A DNA stretch of 64,000 nucleotides from Rozella allomycis CSF55 (GCA_000442015.1 KE561022.1:1-64000), one strand, 5' to 3'; shown: positions 1-13,381, counted from the stretch's first letter. Made by a program: numbers and translations. The notes: a model not told the origin generated them from the letters alone.

Positions 1-101
1 TTTCATTTAAATAATCTATTAAAATATCTTTTCGAAAATTATTTCCGCGCATTTTTTAGAAATTGGATTTTGGTAGGATACCCTTGTGTGGCGCAAGGGA
101 A

Positions 102-2168
102 ATGCAGAATACTGGTAAGTGTTTGGAAAACCCTCAAAATAGTTAAAGATATTAAATGTAAATCTGTCTATCAAGAGACCGACTTGAAAAGTTTATTATC
201 TACTGCCAAACTCGTACACTTATAAAAATACTCATCAAAAGATTCAGTATAACATGTCTGAAGAAATCAAGTTAATTGAATTAAAATATCCAAAAGATTA
301 CTACCACCAAATTCGCGATGTGATAGTATGTGTGAACAAAAAATTCGGGGAACTTCCATGTCCCGTTTTTTATAAGGAAAATGAGATGAGTTCTAGATTT
401 ATAGGTAAATAATTTAATTAAAAAACTTGACAGATGCTCCATTAAATATTATGCCTTCAAATGTTTATCAACATCTTTACGCCAAATGTATTCCTCTTCA
501 AGATAATCTCATTGCAATTCTTGGCAAGTGTCCCATGGAAATAAAAAGGGTTATATTTAAAGAAGAAATTAAGACTATCGTTGAAATTCAAAAGTATGCT
601 AAAGAAAAGGAAACGTAAGATATTTTCTTTTCAAGCATAGAATTGAACCATGTTTTGGAAGACTTTTGTTTTTTAGAATATTGGCGAAACAAATATCGGA
701 TCAATCTTTATTTGATCTTTATGATATATTTCAAGATTATGGATCAAATATCAACAATATTGCCGTTTTCAATTCCCTTACATGGGTATTCCTTCAAGTT
801 ATGCAAGAAAATCTTCAGATTAGCATCAATAGTAATTTTTATGTTATCAATTTACCTAGTTTGGAATGATTTCTATTATTCTTTTATTATGGGAGCTGAC
901 GTTTCGAGTGGCAAAAGTACTTTTGATGAATTCTCTGTAGAGATTTGTGCCATTTTGATCTCCAAGTAAACTCTGTGGGATTTTAGTGATAGGATTGTGA
1001 ATTTGAAGAGCATAGAAAGTAATGTAGAACAAAGTATTGTTAAGCTTCATGAAAATTTAATTCTGTCGTCTTGCACTGATAAGAAACTAAAGAATACAAC
1101 TTCTGTGTTATCATATTGGATGCTTAATAGTCAATTCTCTCAGAGTTTGGCGTTGGTTTTATTCAAGCGCCTTTTGCGTATTGCCAACCATGAAGATCCA
1201 AAACTCAAAAAGCAAATATGCTTCTATTTAATAGAATGTCTTGATAATCATTCATTGTTGTTCAAGGAGTTGGCCAACATCTTCACATCCGGCGGCACCT
1301 TCACATCGCAAATTCTTTCTCTGTTATCTGAAATTCAAACCAAGAAATGTATTTTCAAAGTAAAAAAATTGCAAAACTGTTTTAAAGAAAAATCCAAAAC
1401 CTCTTTTAGAATGTCTTGACGCCATAATCAGTTTTTGTGACAAAGCCAAGGGTTCAAGCGAGAAAGATACTGAAAATGTAATGCAAAATGTGTTATTTAA
1501 TCAAGGCCCAAACAGAAACTTCAATTTCGAATATTGTGCAAGTGAGAAAAGTTGCTCATTCCATCAAAAGTAATTATGAGCGTTCCAGATATTGTTCTTT
1601 TAGTTCTTTCTTAAAGTATTCTCTGTTTTTCATTCTATTTTTTATTGGATACAATTATTATTCTTGTCCTTCCACTGCAGGATTGCCTGATGATTATATC
1701 TGTCGGTTAGGGCGAACTAAGGCAGCGTATATTGCTAAGCATAAATTATCCGGTCTTTATCAATATTTAAAAGAGACGGATCAATTTTCTTATGTTTATC
1801 AACTCTTTCATGGAAATTCATTTGCTAAAGACCTCTCAGTGAAAGCAGACATTTTGCTTGAACAGTTTTTCAAATTTCAAAAATTAGTCTTTTTAAATCT
1901 TGGGTCTCATTTAAATACAATAATCAAATATTACAATCAGGTTTATCATGAAAACATCGTGTATTCATATGTCAGTCCAATGTTGCAATTTACAACGGGT
2001 AGAATGAATCAAATGATTTTAGCGTTACAACCGTACTGGAACCAGCTACTTGAAATTCCTGCTTTCGAATTTATTTTTAATCTAATCAATGCATGTATTC
2101 AACGCTTAGGGCAATTAATTTACTCATTGTTTAATGAAGCCTTTTCAATTCAAGTAGACACTCTCTAA
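102..2168 (+). CDS. TMEM214-like membrane protein (multi-exon)
   Basis: The frame from ATG 102 stays open after removing 26-29 nt GT-AG introns (e.g. 115-142, 214-241, 405-433, 615-640, 1360-1387, 1478-1505). The segment FFRILAKQ...LTWVFLQ...IWNDFYYSFIMG and a C-terminal TM helix resemble TMEM214 by recalled similarity. Confidence 0.5.
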
Positions 2169-2246
2169 TTTAATTTTAATAAATGAAAGAATTATGATTA
2201 CGATTAATTAAATATAATTTATTAGTTGTTTGCATTTTTTATTTAT

Positions 2247-3068
2247 TTACGCCAGAACATCCGTAGATGCATGTATCCAACCTTTCCTAGTTCCACTTGC
2301 TTCCACCCAATATCGAACAGCTTGAAAAGCAAAATTGGAATCAAGAGAAATATAAACGTACCAACAAATCAATTCAACTCCTACAGTCACAAATACTGCA
2401 ATAATAATTCCCAATACTATATCAACCGTATAATGAAGTCTCAACCCCAAAAACAGAACTGCTGAAAGAGCAACATGGATGCTTGAGATGAGTCTTTTGC
2501 ACAACTTTATCCATTGTCTATTTTTGGTTGTGTCTATCCACCATCTGACCAAAGAAACAGTCATAAAAGCCATATGTCCAGAAAATATCATATCCGTACA
2601 CGCCTTTTTACTTCCTGTAAAAATTTCGAACATTCTATTAATCAAAGCACCAAATTCATTTGGAAAACTTGCGCAGAAAGAAGGATCAGACGGGGGGATT
2701 TGTGTCACAATGATTGTCAAAGTGCGAATAACATACAAAATCATTATTGCAAATACACTTCTACGTAATAAAAGAAATCTATCAAAGTTTGGTGATTCTA
2801 ATATTTGATGAACAATTGAAACCATTGTAAAGGAAACTACTGCCAAATCTGCAAATCCATGGTGGACAATATTCCTCAGATCAGGTATGACGGAAAAGGC
2901 CATATCATGCACGGTAATTGTAGAGTTAATATTTTCTTTATGCTTGAGATATACATCATCAGATATTATTTGCATAAATACCATTACAAACGAAATGAGC
3001 AATAGTGCAATTATTAACCCTGCTAGTCTGACAAACTGGACTACTACAACCTGATTGTTAATTTTCAT
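2247..3068 (-). CDS. Sphingomyelin-synthase-family (PAP2-like) phosphosphingolipid synthase
   Basis: Multi-TM ORF with CTDMIFSGH and HYTVDIV, matching the SMS D3/D4 catalytic motifs. Confidence 0.8.
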   Translation of the reverse strand: MKINNQVVVVQFVRLAGLIIALLLISFVMVFMQIISDDVYLKHKENINSTITVHDMAFSVIPDLRNIVHHGFADLAVVSFTMVSIVHQILESPNFDRFLLLRRSVFAIMILYVIRTLTIIVTQIPPSDPSFCASFPNEFGALINRMFEIFTGSKKACTDMIFSGHMAFMTVSLVRWWIDTTKNRQWIKLCKRLISSIHVALSAVLFLGLRLHYTVDIVLGIIIAVFVTVGVELICWYVYISLDSNFAFQAVRYWVEASGTRKGWIHASTDVLA

Positions 3069-3434
3069 CTAAACGTTATCAATTCTGTATTGATTAAATG
3101 TCGTCGCAAGATCCGTTTTCAGGCTTGGTTGATCAGAGCTTAATAATGATTTTGTAAGTATGGTAATGCCATTTAATGGATAAGTATAAATTTCATGACG
3201 TAAGTGTGTATCGTTGAGTCTGAAGTGACGGTGTAGTTTGTTACATTGATTCCAGTGGAATTATGGAAATTTTGTAGCAAATTAGCAACCCCAAACGTTC
3301 TGGAATCTGGAAAAACAGGCAACGTTGGAAACAATTTGTCAATTTGATTCTGGATTCATCAGTCGAATGAATTTTTAATACATGGGCCTTAGTCATTTGA
3401 CTCTTTAACAAATAGCCAAATCAATGTTATATAA

Positions 3435-4296
<862 letters not shown>

Positions 4297-4327
4297 AAAC
4301 GCATAAATATAGTTCCCTTAAATTTAT

Positions 4328-5035
4328 TTAAATTTTTCTTGGCACCCAGAGATCGGCCCTTTTAAACTCAAATTTACGTTCTGCGTCATTAAAAACTGGT
4401 CTATTTAACCCTAGACCTTCGAATATCGTGTAATTTCCTTCTTGCTTCGTTTTTAGATTGTCATTATCAAGCGAAATAGCATCTTTAGTATCAGAACCTG
4501 GATCCACAAAACAAGATATTTCGCGATCTGCAACTATGTTAAAATCATTTATATGGAATTTTTCTCCATACCAAGTTGATAGCCGGAATTCAACTACTAA
4601 GGATCCTTCCAAAATAAATTTCCGCTTCCATATCGACAAAGCATCGTATGGCACTTTTACAGAGAAACCATTTTCAGTAATAGTTTTTCTGTGGAACAAT
4701 TGATCTAATGTTACCGTAACTACGCGAAAGTCATAAATACGATTTAGATCTTCAGCAAAGAGCCCTACACTCTCTGGTAACTCGGGCTTATCGAGGTGTT
4801 TAGCTACTATTGACCTAGCGTTATTTATTTCTTTCATTTTTTGACTTGCTTCTTCTGAATTATTCTTATCTGGATGGTATTTTAAGGCAAGCGCACGATA
4901 AGACGAAGCTAAATCTTTTTCAGTGACAGGTGGAGCTAGATTTAAAATTTTGTAAGCTTTGTCTAGTTCATCATTATAAACACAATAGCTAGAAAAGATA
5001 AAAAATATAGTGCAAAGAAAAAATGAATATTGCAT
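4328..5035 (-). CDS. Signal-peptide-bearing J-domain protein
   Basis: From MQYSFFLCTIFFIFSSYC (hydrophobic leader) to the J domain AYKILNL...YRALALKYHPDKN. Intronless. Confidence 0.75.
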   Translation of the reverse strand: MQYSFFLCTIFFIFSSYCVYNDELDKAYKILNLAPPVTEKDLASSYRALALKYHPDKNNSEEASQKMKEINNARSIVAKHLDKPELPESVGLFAEDLNRIYDFRVVTVTLDQLFHRKTITENGFSVKVPYDALSIWKRKFILEGSLVVEFRLSTWYGEKFHINDFNIVADREISCFVDPGSDTKDAISLDNDNLKTKQEGNYTIFEGLGLNRPVFNDAERKFEFKRADLWVPRKI

Positions 5036-5194
5036 GGGTAAGACTACACAAGCCCCTAGATGGAATGATGTAGATCTTTTGTATTCAGTTTCAAAGGATA
5101 TCGACAGGAAAAAAAGAAAAAAACTAAAGTTTTGGGGTATTCTTTGAATCACAAAATGGAATATTTGGATTGATTGACTTAGCAACCAACCAAC

Positions 5195-8100
5195 ATGGAG
5201 AAGCAATCCCCGAGTTACGATACAAACCAAGAAGTGAATCAAAAGCCGAAAAATGATGAAGAGATAAATGGTATAATCGATGTATATTTATTATAGACGA
5301 TCTTGATTTACTTTACAGTGGATTGTTCAGTCTCGAGAATGGTCCTGCCTATCGAACATTAGAACATCTTCTAACAATTAGTTCTATCTCTAAAACAGAG
5401 TAAGTAACATTATGACTTTTTATAGCGCGGATAAATACAAAGAATCTATATCTAAAATATTTTCCATGTTAATGCAAAAGATTGATTCAGAAAAGCAATT
5501 GTTAAGAACATCTAAAGATTTAGAGGTTAAACTGGGGCAAATCGCAATAGAATTAGAGAAACTTAATGCGCAATCCTATCAAGATAGTGCGTTAATAGCT
5601 GACTTAAAAAGAGAGCTACTGAAAGTATCATCAAATTTAATGATTCAAAAATAGGGCCAGAATGAATCCTCGCTTTGTATGGAAAGAGATTCTAAATTAG
5701 AAAATGAGAGAGATGAACAAGTCAAAATAAAGCTCGATGTGCTTTCTGACATTGAGCAAGCCAGACAGCACAAGGTTGATATGTTAGAGCCTCAGTTAGT
5801 CGCTAGCAATAAAGAATTAAGAGTAAATGAAGTATATAAACATTAATGAGCTTGACATTTTACAACGAAAGCAACAAATAGAAAACTTGAAAAAAGATTT
5901 TGAAGAAAAACGAGAAAGTTATGATGAAATACTGAAAACCAAAGAAAGGCTGGATGTTGAACAAGAAAAATATTCGATATCTTTAACTAAAGCCAGCGAG
6001 CTTCCTCCTAAATTGATGTAAGCCAGTTTTGGAAATTTTGAAAGTAAACAAAATGAAATATTGAAAGATGCTATATATAGTTTGCAGCAAGAAACTGTTA
6101 AGCAAAGTTCATTGTCCTTGACTTTGGATACAGAAATTATCAAGCTGACAAAAAAGAAACAAGTAAAGGTTGCTAAAATACACGAAAGGAAATCGAAAAG
6201 GATAGAAATGAGTCCCAAACTGAAGTAGAAACGAAAATGTTGCAAATCGAAGCATTAGAGGCACAGACTGATGAGATTTTTAGGAATCATGAGTTGGCCA
6301 AGGAACAATTGTCGATTCAAAAGACAGAAAAGATAAAACTTGACTATGCAAACAAGCATTGTGCACAGGATGTAAAAATATGAGAATTTATAGAAAAGAT
6401 AAGAAAAGAGCATGATAATTTGCTTAAATGCTTTAGAGACAAAGAAAACATGCTAAAATTATACGTCAGATTGGAAAATCAAGTCAACAACATAAGAAAT
6501 CTTATTCCAAAGCTTGAAGGACAGAAAAATGAATTAGACAGGGCCTTGCAGAGCCAACAACAAGAAAATAAAATAATTAAAGCAAAAATAAGAAATTCAA
6601 GACAGGAAATCGATATTGACATTTTTCATTACCTTCAACAAGATGATTTGGACATTAAAGAAAGGGAGGCACTACAGCAAAGTTTAACTACGCTGGAGAA
6701 ATTAGAAAAGAGGCTTCATGAGGCTCAAGCAGGGAGCAAACTGATTCAACAAACAATGAATCAAATCAATTTAGAAAGAGATTTGAGGGTGAGAGAATTA
6801 ACAAAAGTTAAACAAAAATTAAAAGACATGAAAGAAGAATGCAGAGTAAAGAGTGGCATAGTTAAAGATAACTATAAAAAACAATTGGAGGTCGCCCAAA
6901 GACTGAAAGACACAATGCACCTATATGACTCTGTAAAAGCCGAGAGAAACAAATATGTAATTGAAATATACTTTAGAATAAAGGTTAACATGATTCAAGC
7001 GTCCACACAAAAGATTTCTGAAATGAGAGAAAAAGTTAGAATTTTAGGAAATGAAGTTGATATTCTAAGGTGTGATTTAAACAATAAAGATAAAGATTTG
7101 GCCGTAAATTAAGATTTATTTTTAAAATATTTAGAAAAAAATTCATGAAAATGCTGCGCTATTTAACATTCGGGATTCCTTGCGAAATGATGTGAATAGA
7201 GCGGCATTCTCCTACAAGGAAAAAGAAGGTTTCTTCTTTTAATAAATTTAATAAAGGAATTATTGAACAAAACGCTGGGTTGATAGAGATTTTAACTCAC
7301 AACATTAGCGATTGTGAAACAAAATTAAAGGAATTAAAGAACAAGTTTAAAAGTGCTGTTAAAGCAAGAAATAAAGTTGGAGTTCAATTGTTGGAGCGTC
7401 AAGATGAAGTTTGCGTGTTATATGAGAAAATAAACTTCCAAGAAGGTTTATTAAACGAAGGGAATTTAAAATTGAGCCAATTAGATGAAGAAATTAGAAT
7501 TTTAAAATTGGCTATCAAAGAGTTGGAAAGAGATATTGAATTATTGAAAAAAATTAGGCCAGAAAAGTTTGAAAATGTAAATGAAATTAACCTACTGCAA
7601 AAACAATTGGATGAGATAAAGGAAAAGGCTGATAACCTTGGTTTAGAGCTAGAAAATCCTCAAAATCAAGTTCGTTTTAGACACCTTGATGGCACAGACC
7701 TTCACGTGTCAGAGTTGTCTGCCAAAGTAAGGAAATTAGAAGAAAAAATTGCCAAAAAAGAAGTAAAATATCAGAAAAAATATAAAAGGAAACTCTAATT
7801 GAAAAAGATTTGACGCTAGAAGAAGTTACCAAATTGACAATTAGACTTTCTGAAAAGACAAAAGACTCTTCAGAAACGTCCACTGCGGCAAGCAAAAAGG
7901 TTTGAGCTTTTGCTTTCATGATATATAAGATAAATGAACTCCAAAACAAATTAAAGGATGTTAACAATTCCATGATGGCTACGATATCTGAATTATCACT
8001 TGTGCAAGCAAAATGCATTCAGCTTAGAGGTGAAAAAGAAAATAAAGTAAGTTACTTTAAAATTTGAAACAGGCTCGTGAATTTGAAGAGGCAAAAGAAA

Positions 8101-8439
8101 GATTCTCAAGTGGTTCTGAACCAATCCCAAGATTTGATGACGAATTACAAAAAATAGTTAAAGAAAAAGAAAGAAGAATCAAGCAACTTGATGAAATGAA
8201 AAATTCTGATTTCATTTTGTACTAAACATCGTTTCAAATTACTTAGTGAAAATGATGGTTTTGAAGACATTAATGGTGTCAGAACAACAGCTAAATTAAG
8301 GCCCAATGCGTATTTAAATGAGAGTGACAATTTACCTATACCCAAGCCTTATGGTCTCTATGCGCCATTTAAGCCAACTGAATCCATTTATCACCTGAAG
8401 CAATTCAAAAAACAAATCCTAAAACAAGTGGAAATTTGA
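5195..8439 (+). CDS. CCDC146: CCDC146/MBO2-like flagellar coiled-coil protein
   Basis: Long multi-exon coiled coil with LYDSVKAERNKY and the C-terminal RPNAYL...LPIPKPYGLYAPFKP motif. Confidence 0.8.
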
Positions 8440-8481
8440 TTTATTTTGAAAATTGAAATAAAAATATTTCTAAAAATAACT

Positions 8482-9309
8482 TTATTGAATTGGGCGGCTT
8501 TGATTTTTAGTGCTTGAATTTAGTCTTGACCTACCACCTGCAATTTTTATTGATTTAGAAGAAAAATCATTCAAAGCGTTTACATCAACTTTAGCTGTCT
8601 TCATAATACAATTTGCAGTATAAAAGGATACATATGAGATGCATAACAATTGTGTATTATACAAGACCTCAGATATTTGACTACTTTCTACGATATTCAC
8701 CAATATGCAGCTGATAATTAAGTAAGATGCTGATATAATTGCATTGTATAAGAATTTTTTCTGCATGATCAACCATCTGTTCTTTGGTAATTTAGAAAGC
8801 TTAAAGTATATTAAAAAATTGAATGCGACGTTAAAACTCTCTATTATCCCTACCCCAACAATATCAAAAAAAGTGCCATTGTATGAAATATGGTTACAAG
8901 TCGGTGACACTTTAGTCATAGCGCTAAAACCTATTGATGTGCCAACATAGATAGAAATTATCCAAAACATTAAAATCTTAGTCATCCTAGCGTAAGATGG
9001 GTAGCAATGTCTCACCAATGCATACAACTTTGCATATTGAATACAATAGTATAACACAAATGCAAAATACCAATTGAATGTTGCGTTAAACACTTCCAAG
9101 ATTCCGCAGCCAATTCTACCACCGTTAAAAATTAACAAATTAATCACAAATTGAGATATGACCGATATGACAACACAAATTTGTGCGATTCTGCCCCTTG
9201 ATTTGTCTCTTTTTAAATGCGCAAAGGATTCAAGTAGAAGTTTTAAACATATCAAGGCGTAAATTACAGTCAATGTCATTAGAGCATCATTCCAGACCAA
9301 GCTTGCCAT
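8482..9309 (-). CDS. Intronless multi-pass (about 7 TM) membrane protein, possibly GPCR-like
   Basis: 275-aa ORF with about seven hydrophobic segments and a polar basic tail. Confidence 0.55.
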   Translation of the reverse strand: MASLVWNDALMTLTVIYALICLKLLLESFAHLKRDKSRGRIAQICVVISVISQFVINLLIFNGGRIGCGILEVFNATFNWYFAFVLYYCIQYAKLYALVRHCYPSYARMTKILMFWIISIYVGTSIGFSAMTKVSPTCNHISYNGTFFDIVGVGIIESFNVAFNFLIYFKLSKLPKNRWLIMQKKFLYNAIISASYLIISCILVNIVESSQISEVLYNTQLLCISYVSFYTANCIMKTAKVDVNALNDFSSKSIKIAGGRSRLNSSTKNQSRPIQ

Positions 9310-9504
9310 TTAAATCTTCCGTGCGTTTCAGAATGTTGTCACTATGGGCGTCGCCGCGACACCGCGTAATGATAGATCGATTTGATAAATTTGGAACTCA
9401 CATTATCAAGCATTATATCAATATTATTACAATTCGGTAAAGTAATCTTGCAGAAAAAAATACACAACTGGGGAGAATTTGATCTAGCAATTGATTTATT
9501 GGAA

Positions 9505-9839
9505 TTAGAATAGAATGAATTGAGGATCCGCCTTGTTCATATCTTCAATGTACCTAAAGAATTAACGATTTTGTGTGAAGTTTACTTTGTCAGATCGCTC
9601 TTTTTATGCGGAAACCTTTCGGTTTTAGCCCAATTTGGTAGTTCCTTGCATGCATCCCACCCGATAGCTTGGTTTTGAGTTAATGGATGCTTATAAACTT
9701 CTTTCGGGTCCTTTAAAATAGGCTTGTGCTGTCTTAAACATTCCGAATATTCTTTGTGAGATGAAAATGACTTTAAGGATTTGTAATTCTCATTTTTTAA
9801 ATAAGGAGTTTTCGGTCCCAAAGATGTTAAATTGAACAT
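9505..9839 (-). CDS. TEX49/SPMIP11-like axonemal microtubule inner protein
   Basis: PKEVYKHPLTQNQAIGW...RFPHKKSDLTK, one intron, then YIEDMNKADPQFILF*. This is the TEX49 pattern by recall. Confidence 0.6.
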
Positions 9840-9861
9840 AAAAACCGTTGCTAAGTTTTAT

Positions 9862-11376
9862 TTATAGTAATTCAAGCCCAATTCCAAATTGAAACCCAGA
9901 TGATGAAATCGATCCATTGGAGGCTTTTATGGGCAATACAGCATTAAATTCCACTCTTGCATTTTTAAAAACAGTCAGTATGGCTCCTATTCCAACGGAC
10001 ACATTTGGAGGTGAGACATTCAAAAAGTTTTGCACCTTTTGGCCGATATTGTCTAATCCATTTTCTGTATAGAAATGTTTATCACATTTACCGAATACAT
10101 TGGCCAGATTTCCCGCATTTACAAAAATGTGACCGCAGGCAACATCTCGTTGAATATTCGGCAATGGAAACGAAGCATTGGCGCCAAATTCGTAAAATAT
10201 ATCACCACCAAGAGCATCAACTTGCCTAAACAGTAAAAGAAGGACTTACGACGGTCTCGTGGGCCAATTCCACGCGCATTAAAACCTCTAATGGATGTGG
10301 GTCCGCCAATGAAAAATTTATCTAAAATATTTAGATTTTGGCCTTGTAGAGGTACTATAAATCCATTTCTAGCAGTGAAACCCAACGCCTCAATAAGTCA
10401 AAATTTAAAAGTCGTACAATTTCTTTGAATAATGTGAAATACTTTGAACAAGAGTTTTCGAACTTTAAAAAGTTCACACTACCCCCAAGGCCTGACAATT
10501 CCTTTCATTTTTTAATCAAATGATGTACTTGATGAAGTTTAACAGAATATCCTTTTGTGGGAACTAAGGGATGATTTAATGTTGAATGTTGAAACGAATG
10601 AGAAACAGAAGATTTCAAGTTATGACCCGCTTGTCTCCTGATTCTATTTGTGGATTAATGCTACGTGTTACATTGAAGACACACTAGGAGTGAACGACGA
10701 GATTGATCTCCATGAAGCTTCATAACAAAAACTATGCATGCCAATTATTCCAGGAAACTAATTTAAGCAAAATATGTTAATTACATTAAATCCTGTTCTC
10801 ACACCTATCGATTCATCGCTATATGGCTTATGAGGGGTCACACTCTGGTAGTGATTAAAAAGAGAAAACGAAAACTTTCTTTCTGGATCGCATCGATAAG
10901 GTATCGAGTAAACAATATTGAATGGTGATTTCTCCTGGATTCCTGTTTTGCACAACAAATCTAAATTGTCGCCTATCCCAATTGTGTTAGGAAATGACAC
11001 TCCAAAATTCTTAATGAAACAATTCTATGTTAATTACAAAGCCAACATATTGATGTCCTATTTCTGTTCCGGCTTTGAAAGTTCTATTTCTTTCATCTAC
11101 CACTAGAATTATGTCCACTCCATCGTCCATTTCTTGCGACTGCGTCAGTTGAATATTCACATCCTTAAATATTTGAAGTCTATTCAGCTTCTCATATACC
11201 ACTGACAATTCGTCGACAAGCGATCCGAGATTGGTATGCTGATGCAATTTGTCTAAATACTTTTTAAACAAATAATCCTTCGTTCTTTTTCTATTTACAA
11301 CTCTTATATTATGTATTTTAATAGGAGTTTTGTAGAAGTCATCTTTTGTTAGTGGCATTTGTAGCTCTATTGTCAT
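9862..11376 (-). CDS. SAM50: Mitochondrial outer-membrane beta-barrel assembly protein Sam50/Tob55
   Basis: POTRA-like N-terminus, DKFFIGGPTSIRGF, and the terminal beta-signal FQFGIGLELL. Multi-exon. Confidence 0.9.
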
Positions 11377-11394
11377 TACGAATTTTACGATTCA

Positions 11395-12189
11395 ATGTTA
11401 CTCTGCTGCAAAGCCATAGATGAGTTATTTTTAATAGTATCGGCTTCATTTGATTATATGATCCTTGAAAAATTCACGATTCCAAGCTTTAAGCGAATAT
11501 CGTCACGAGTACTCCAATGTGTACGATGCCAGTCCACTTCCAGGGATATTTTTTGCAGACTTTTAACAAAAAATCTATTATTTGTGTCATTTAATGATGA
11601 CGCAAATAATTTTGTCATTGATTTGGAGTTGGATCGCATACATACTTCTACAAAATCTAGAATATTCTTAGGGGATATATGTTCAACTATTCCTAGTTTT
11701 ATAAATAATTCCATACCAAGCAAAAAAGAGATAAATTGGATAGAATATTTTCCCAGCCATGATTTCTGGATTATTGAAACAGTCAAGGCCGTAATTCTAT
11801 TCGACGAATACGGCAAGAAATTGATGCAAGTAGATATAGATGACTCCTCATTATTTTATTATCAACTGTTTTCCTCAATCGAACCAGCTTTATTACTAGT
11901 AAGTTTAAATGATAAAAATACCGTCTCCAAAATTATAACGAGGACTACTCATCAGATACTTAAGTGCAGCGGGTTCGCGTATTTGTATGATGGTGAGAGG
12001 TCTGGGTTGGAAAAAATATGGTTCTCCAATAGGTACGATCCATTGACTCCAAAATACATCGAGTTTGGCCAAGTCGACGAACCCAAAGTAATTATCGAAG
12101 ATCTCAATCAATATTTTCTGGATACTGCGAAGAGAAAAAAGAAAATATTAAGCATGATAAAAAAAGAATGGTCGGATATTGACAAATGA
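11395..12189 (+). CDS. Hypothetical protein
   Basis: 264-aa ORF head-to-head with SAM50 (18 bp between start codons). No family recognised. Confidence 0.55.
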   Translation: MLLCCKAIDELFLIVSASFDYMILEKFTIPSFKRISSRVLQCVRCQSTSRDIFCRLLTKNLLFVSFNDDANNFVIDLELDRIHTSTKSRIFLGDICSTIPSFINNSIPSKKEINWIEYFPSHDFWIIETVKAVILFDEYGKKLMQVDIDDSSLFYYQLFSSIEPALLLVSLNDKNTVSKIITRTTHQILKCSGFAYLYDGERSGLEKIWFSNRYDPLTPKYIEFGQVDEPKVIIEDLNQYFLDTAKRKKKILSMIKKEWSDIDK

Positions 12190-12344
12190 AATTTATTTCT
12201 GTAGATTGACCTACTTGGATAGTATTTTGAAATGTTGAAAATTTGAAATAAAATTTAATTTGTTTCCGAATTTTCTGGGGTTTTAGGGTGAGGCAGGGTT
12301 CGACTCCTTGGTGACTGATCCCTCATCCTTATTACCTTAATAAA

Positions 12345-12430
12345 TACGATTATTGAATTAATTGTATATATTTAAAAAAAAGAATTCTATGTCTTACGAT
12401 TATTTAATTAATTGTATATATTTAAAAAAA
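12345..12430. repeat. 36-bp direct repeat, two copies, 50-bp period
   Basis: tacgattatt(g/t)aattaattgtatatatttaaaaaaa at 12345 and 12395, one mismatch. Confidence 0.85.
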
Positions 12431-12522
12431 TGTCTACTTGGATTTCAGCCATAACTTATAGCCTATAGGTAAGTGAGTAAAGTACTTGGTAAATCAACAT
12501 TTAGAAATCGGACAAAAGAAAA

Positions 12523-12604
12523 TGATTGAAGAGGGGTTCGAACCCTCGCCTCCGGAGAGATCAGAGCCTAAATCTGACGCCTTAGACCACTCGGCCATCC
12601 AACC
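12523..12604 (-). tRNA. tRNA-Leu(UAG)
   Basis: Cloverleaf GGTTGGA.../TTCAATC-A, anticodon arm TCAGA-TTTAGGC-TCTGA, long variable arm, GTTCGAACC. Confidence 0.95.
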
Positions 12605-12719
12605 ATGCGAGATGGTGCGCAAGTGCATAAATAAAGCATTCAGGCATCTAACCATACAAATTGGTGCTCAAATGTATTTATTAAAAGACAATGAAATTAA
12701 AGAAAGAACAATCAATTCN

Positions 12720-13280
12720 TTCAAATTCTTCTTTGAACAACTTGGCATCTACATCAAATCACTCCACTATTCCTACTCTCAGAATTAGCCAATCTAATCG
12801 CCAACAACTCAGCTGCAGGCACTCCCTCAGAAACATCAGCAGCGACAGTCCACACCCACGATCTATCAGAGCCAACATTAGGCTTCAATTCCATCTCATC
12901 AGTAACTTTATCACCCACAAACATACCCATTACCATAATGATTAGCACAAACTTTATGTGTCTTATCTCTTCTCATAACCAATCTAACCTAATTCCCACT
13001 TAATCCAACCTCGTACCTTTTTGGACTCGTTGTGCTGCAAAAATCTCACATCTCCGGTTCCCCTCTCCTTCCACTCATTGGTCGCCTTTTCAAATCTAAA
13101 AAGCTTTGCACGCATCTTGAATAAACTCGTCTCCTCCTCCTCATTCGTCTTGACTTCCACGGCCTCCAGTTTCACAATAGGCTCAAAGTGCACTTCGGGA
13201 GACGCTTCAACCTCCTCGTGCTCCTCAACTTGCTCGGGTTGCTTATCTTCAACTACAACGGGTTTCGTTTCCTCGGTCAT
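12720..13280 (-). CDS. YRB1: Ran-binding protein 1 (3' end cut by N at 12719)
   Basis: [35 protein letters not shown]. Confidence 0.92.
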
Positions 13281-13381
13281 TTTTGTTAAGGCCAGGGTAC
13301 TCCAATTTTACAACTGTGCCTAAAGTGAATAACAAAATGAAATAGTCATGGGATTATTTAAATTAATTTATTCAGTTTGAT

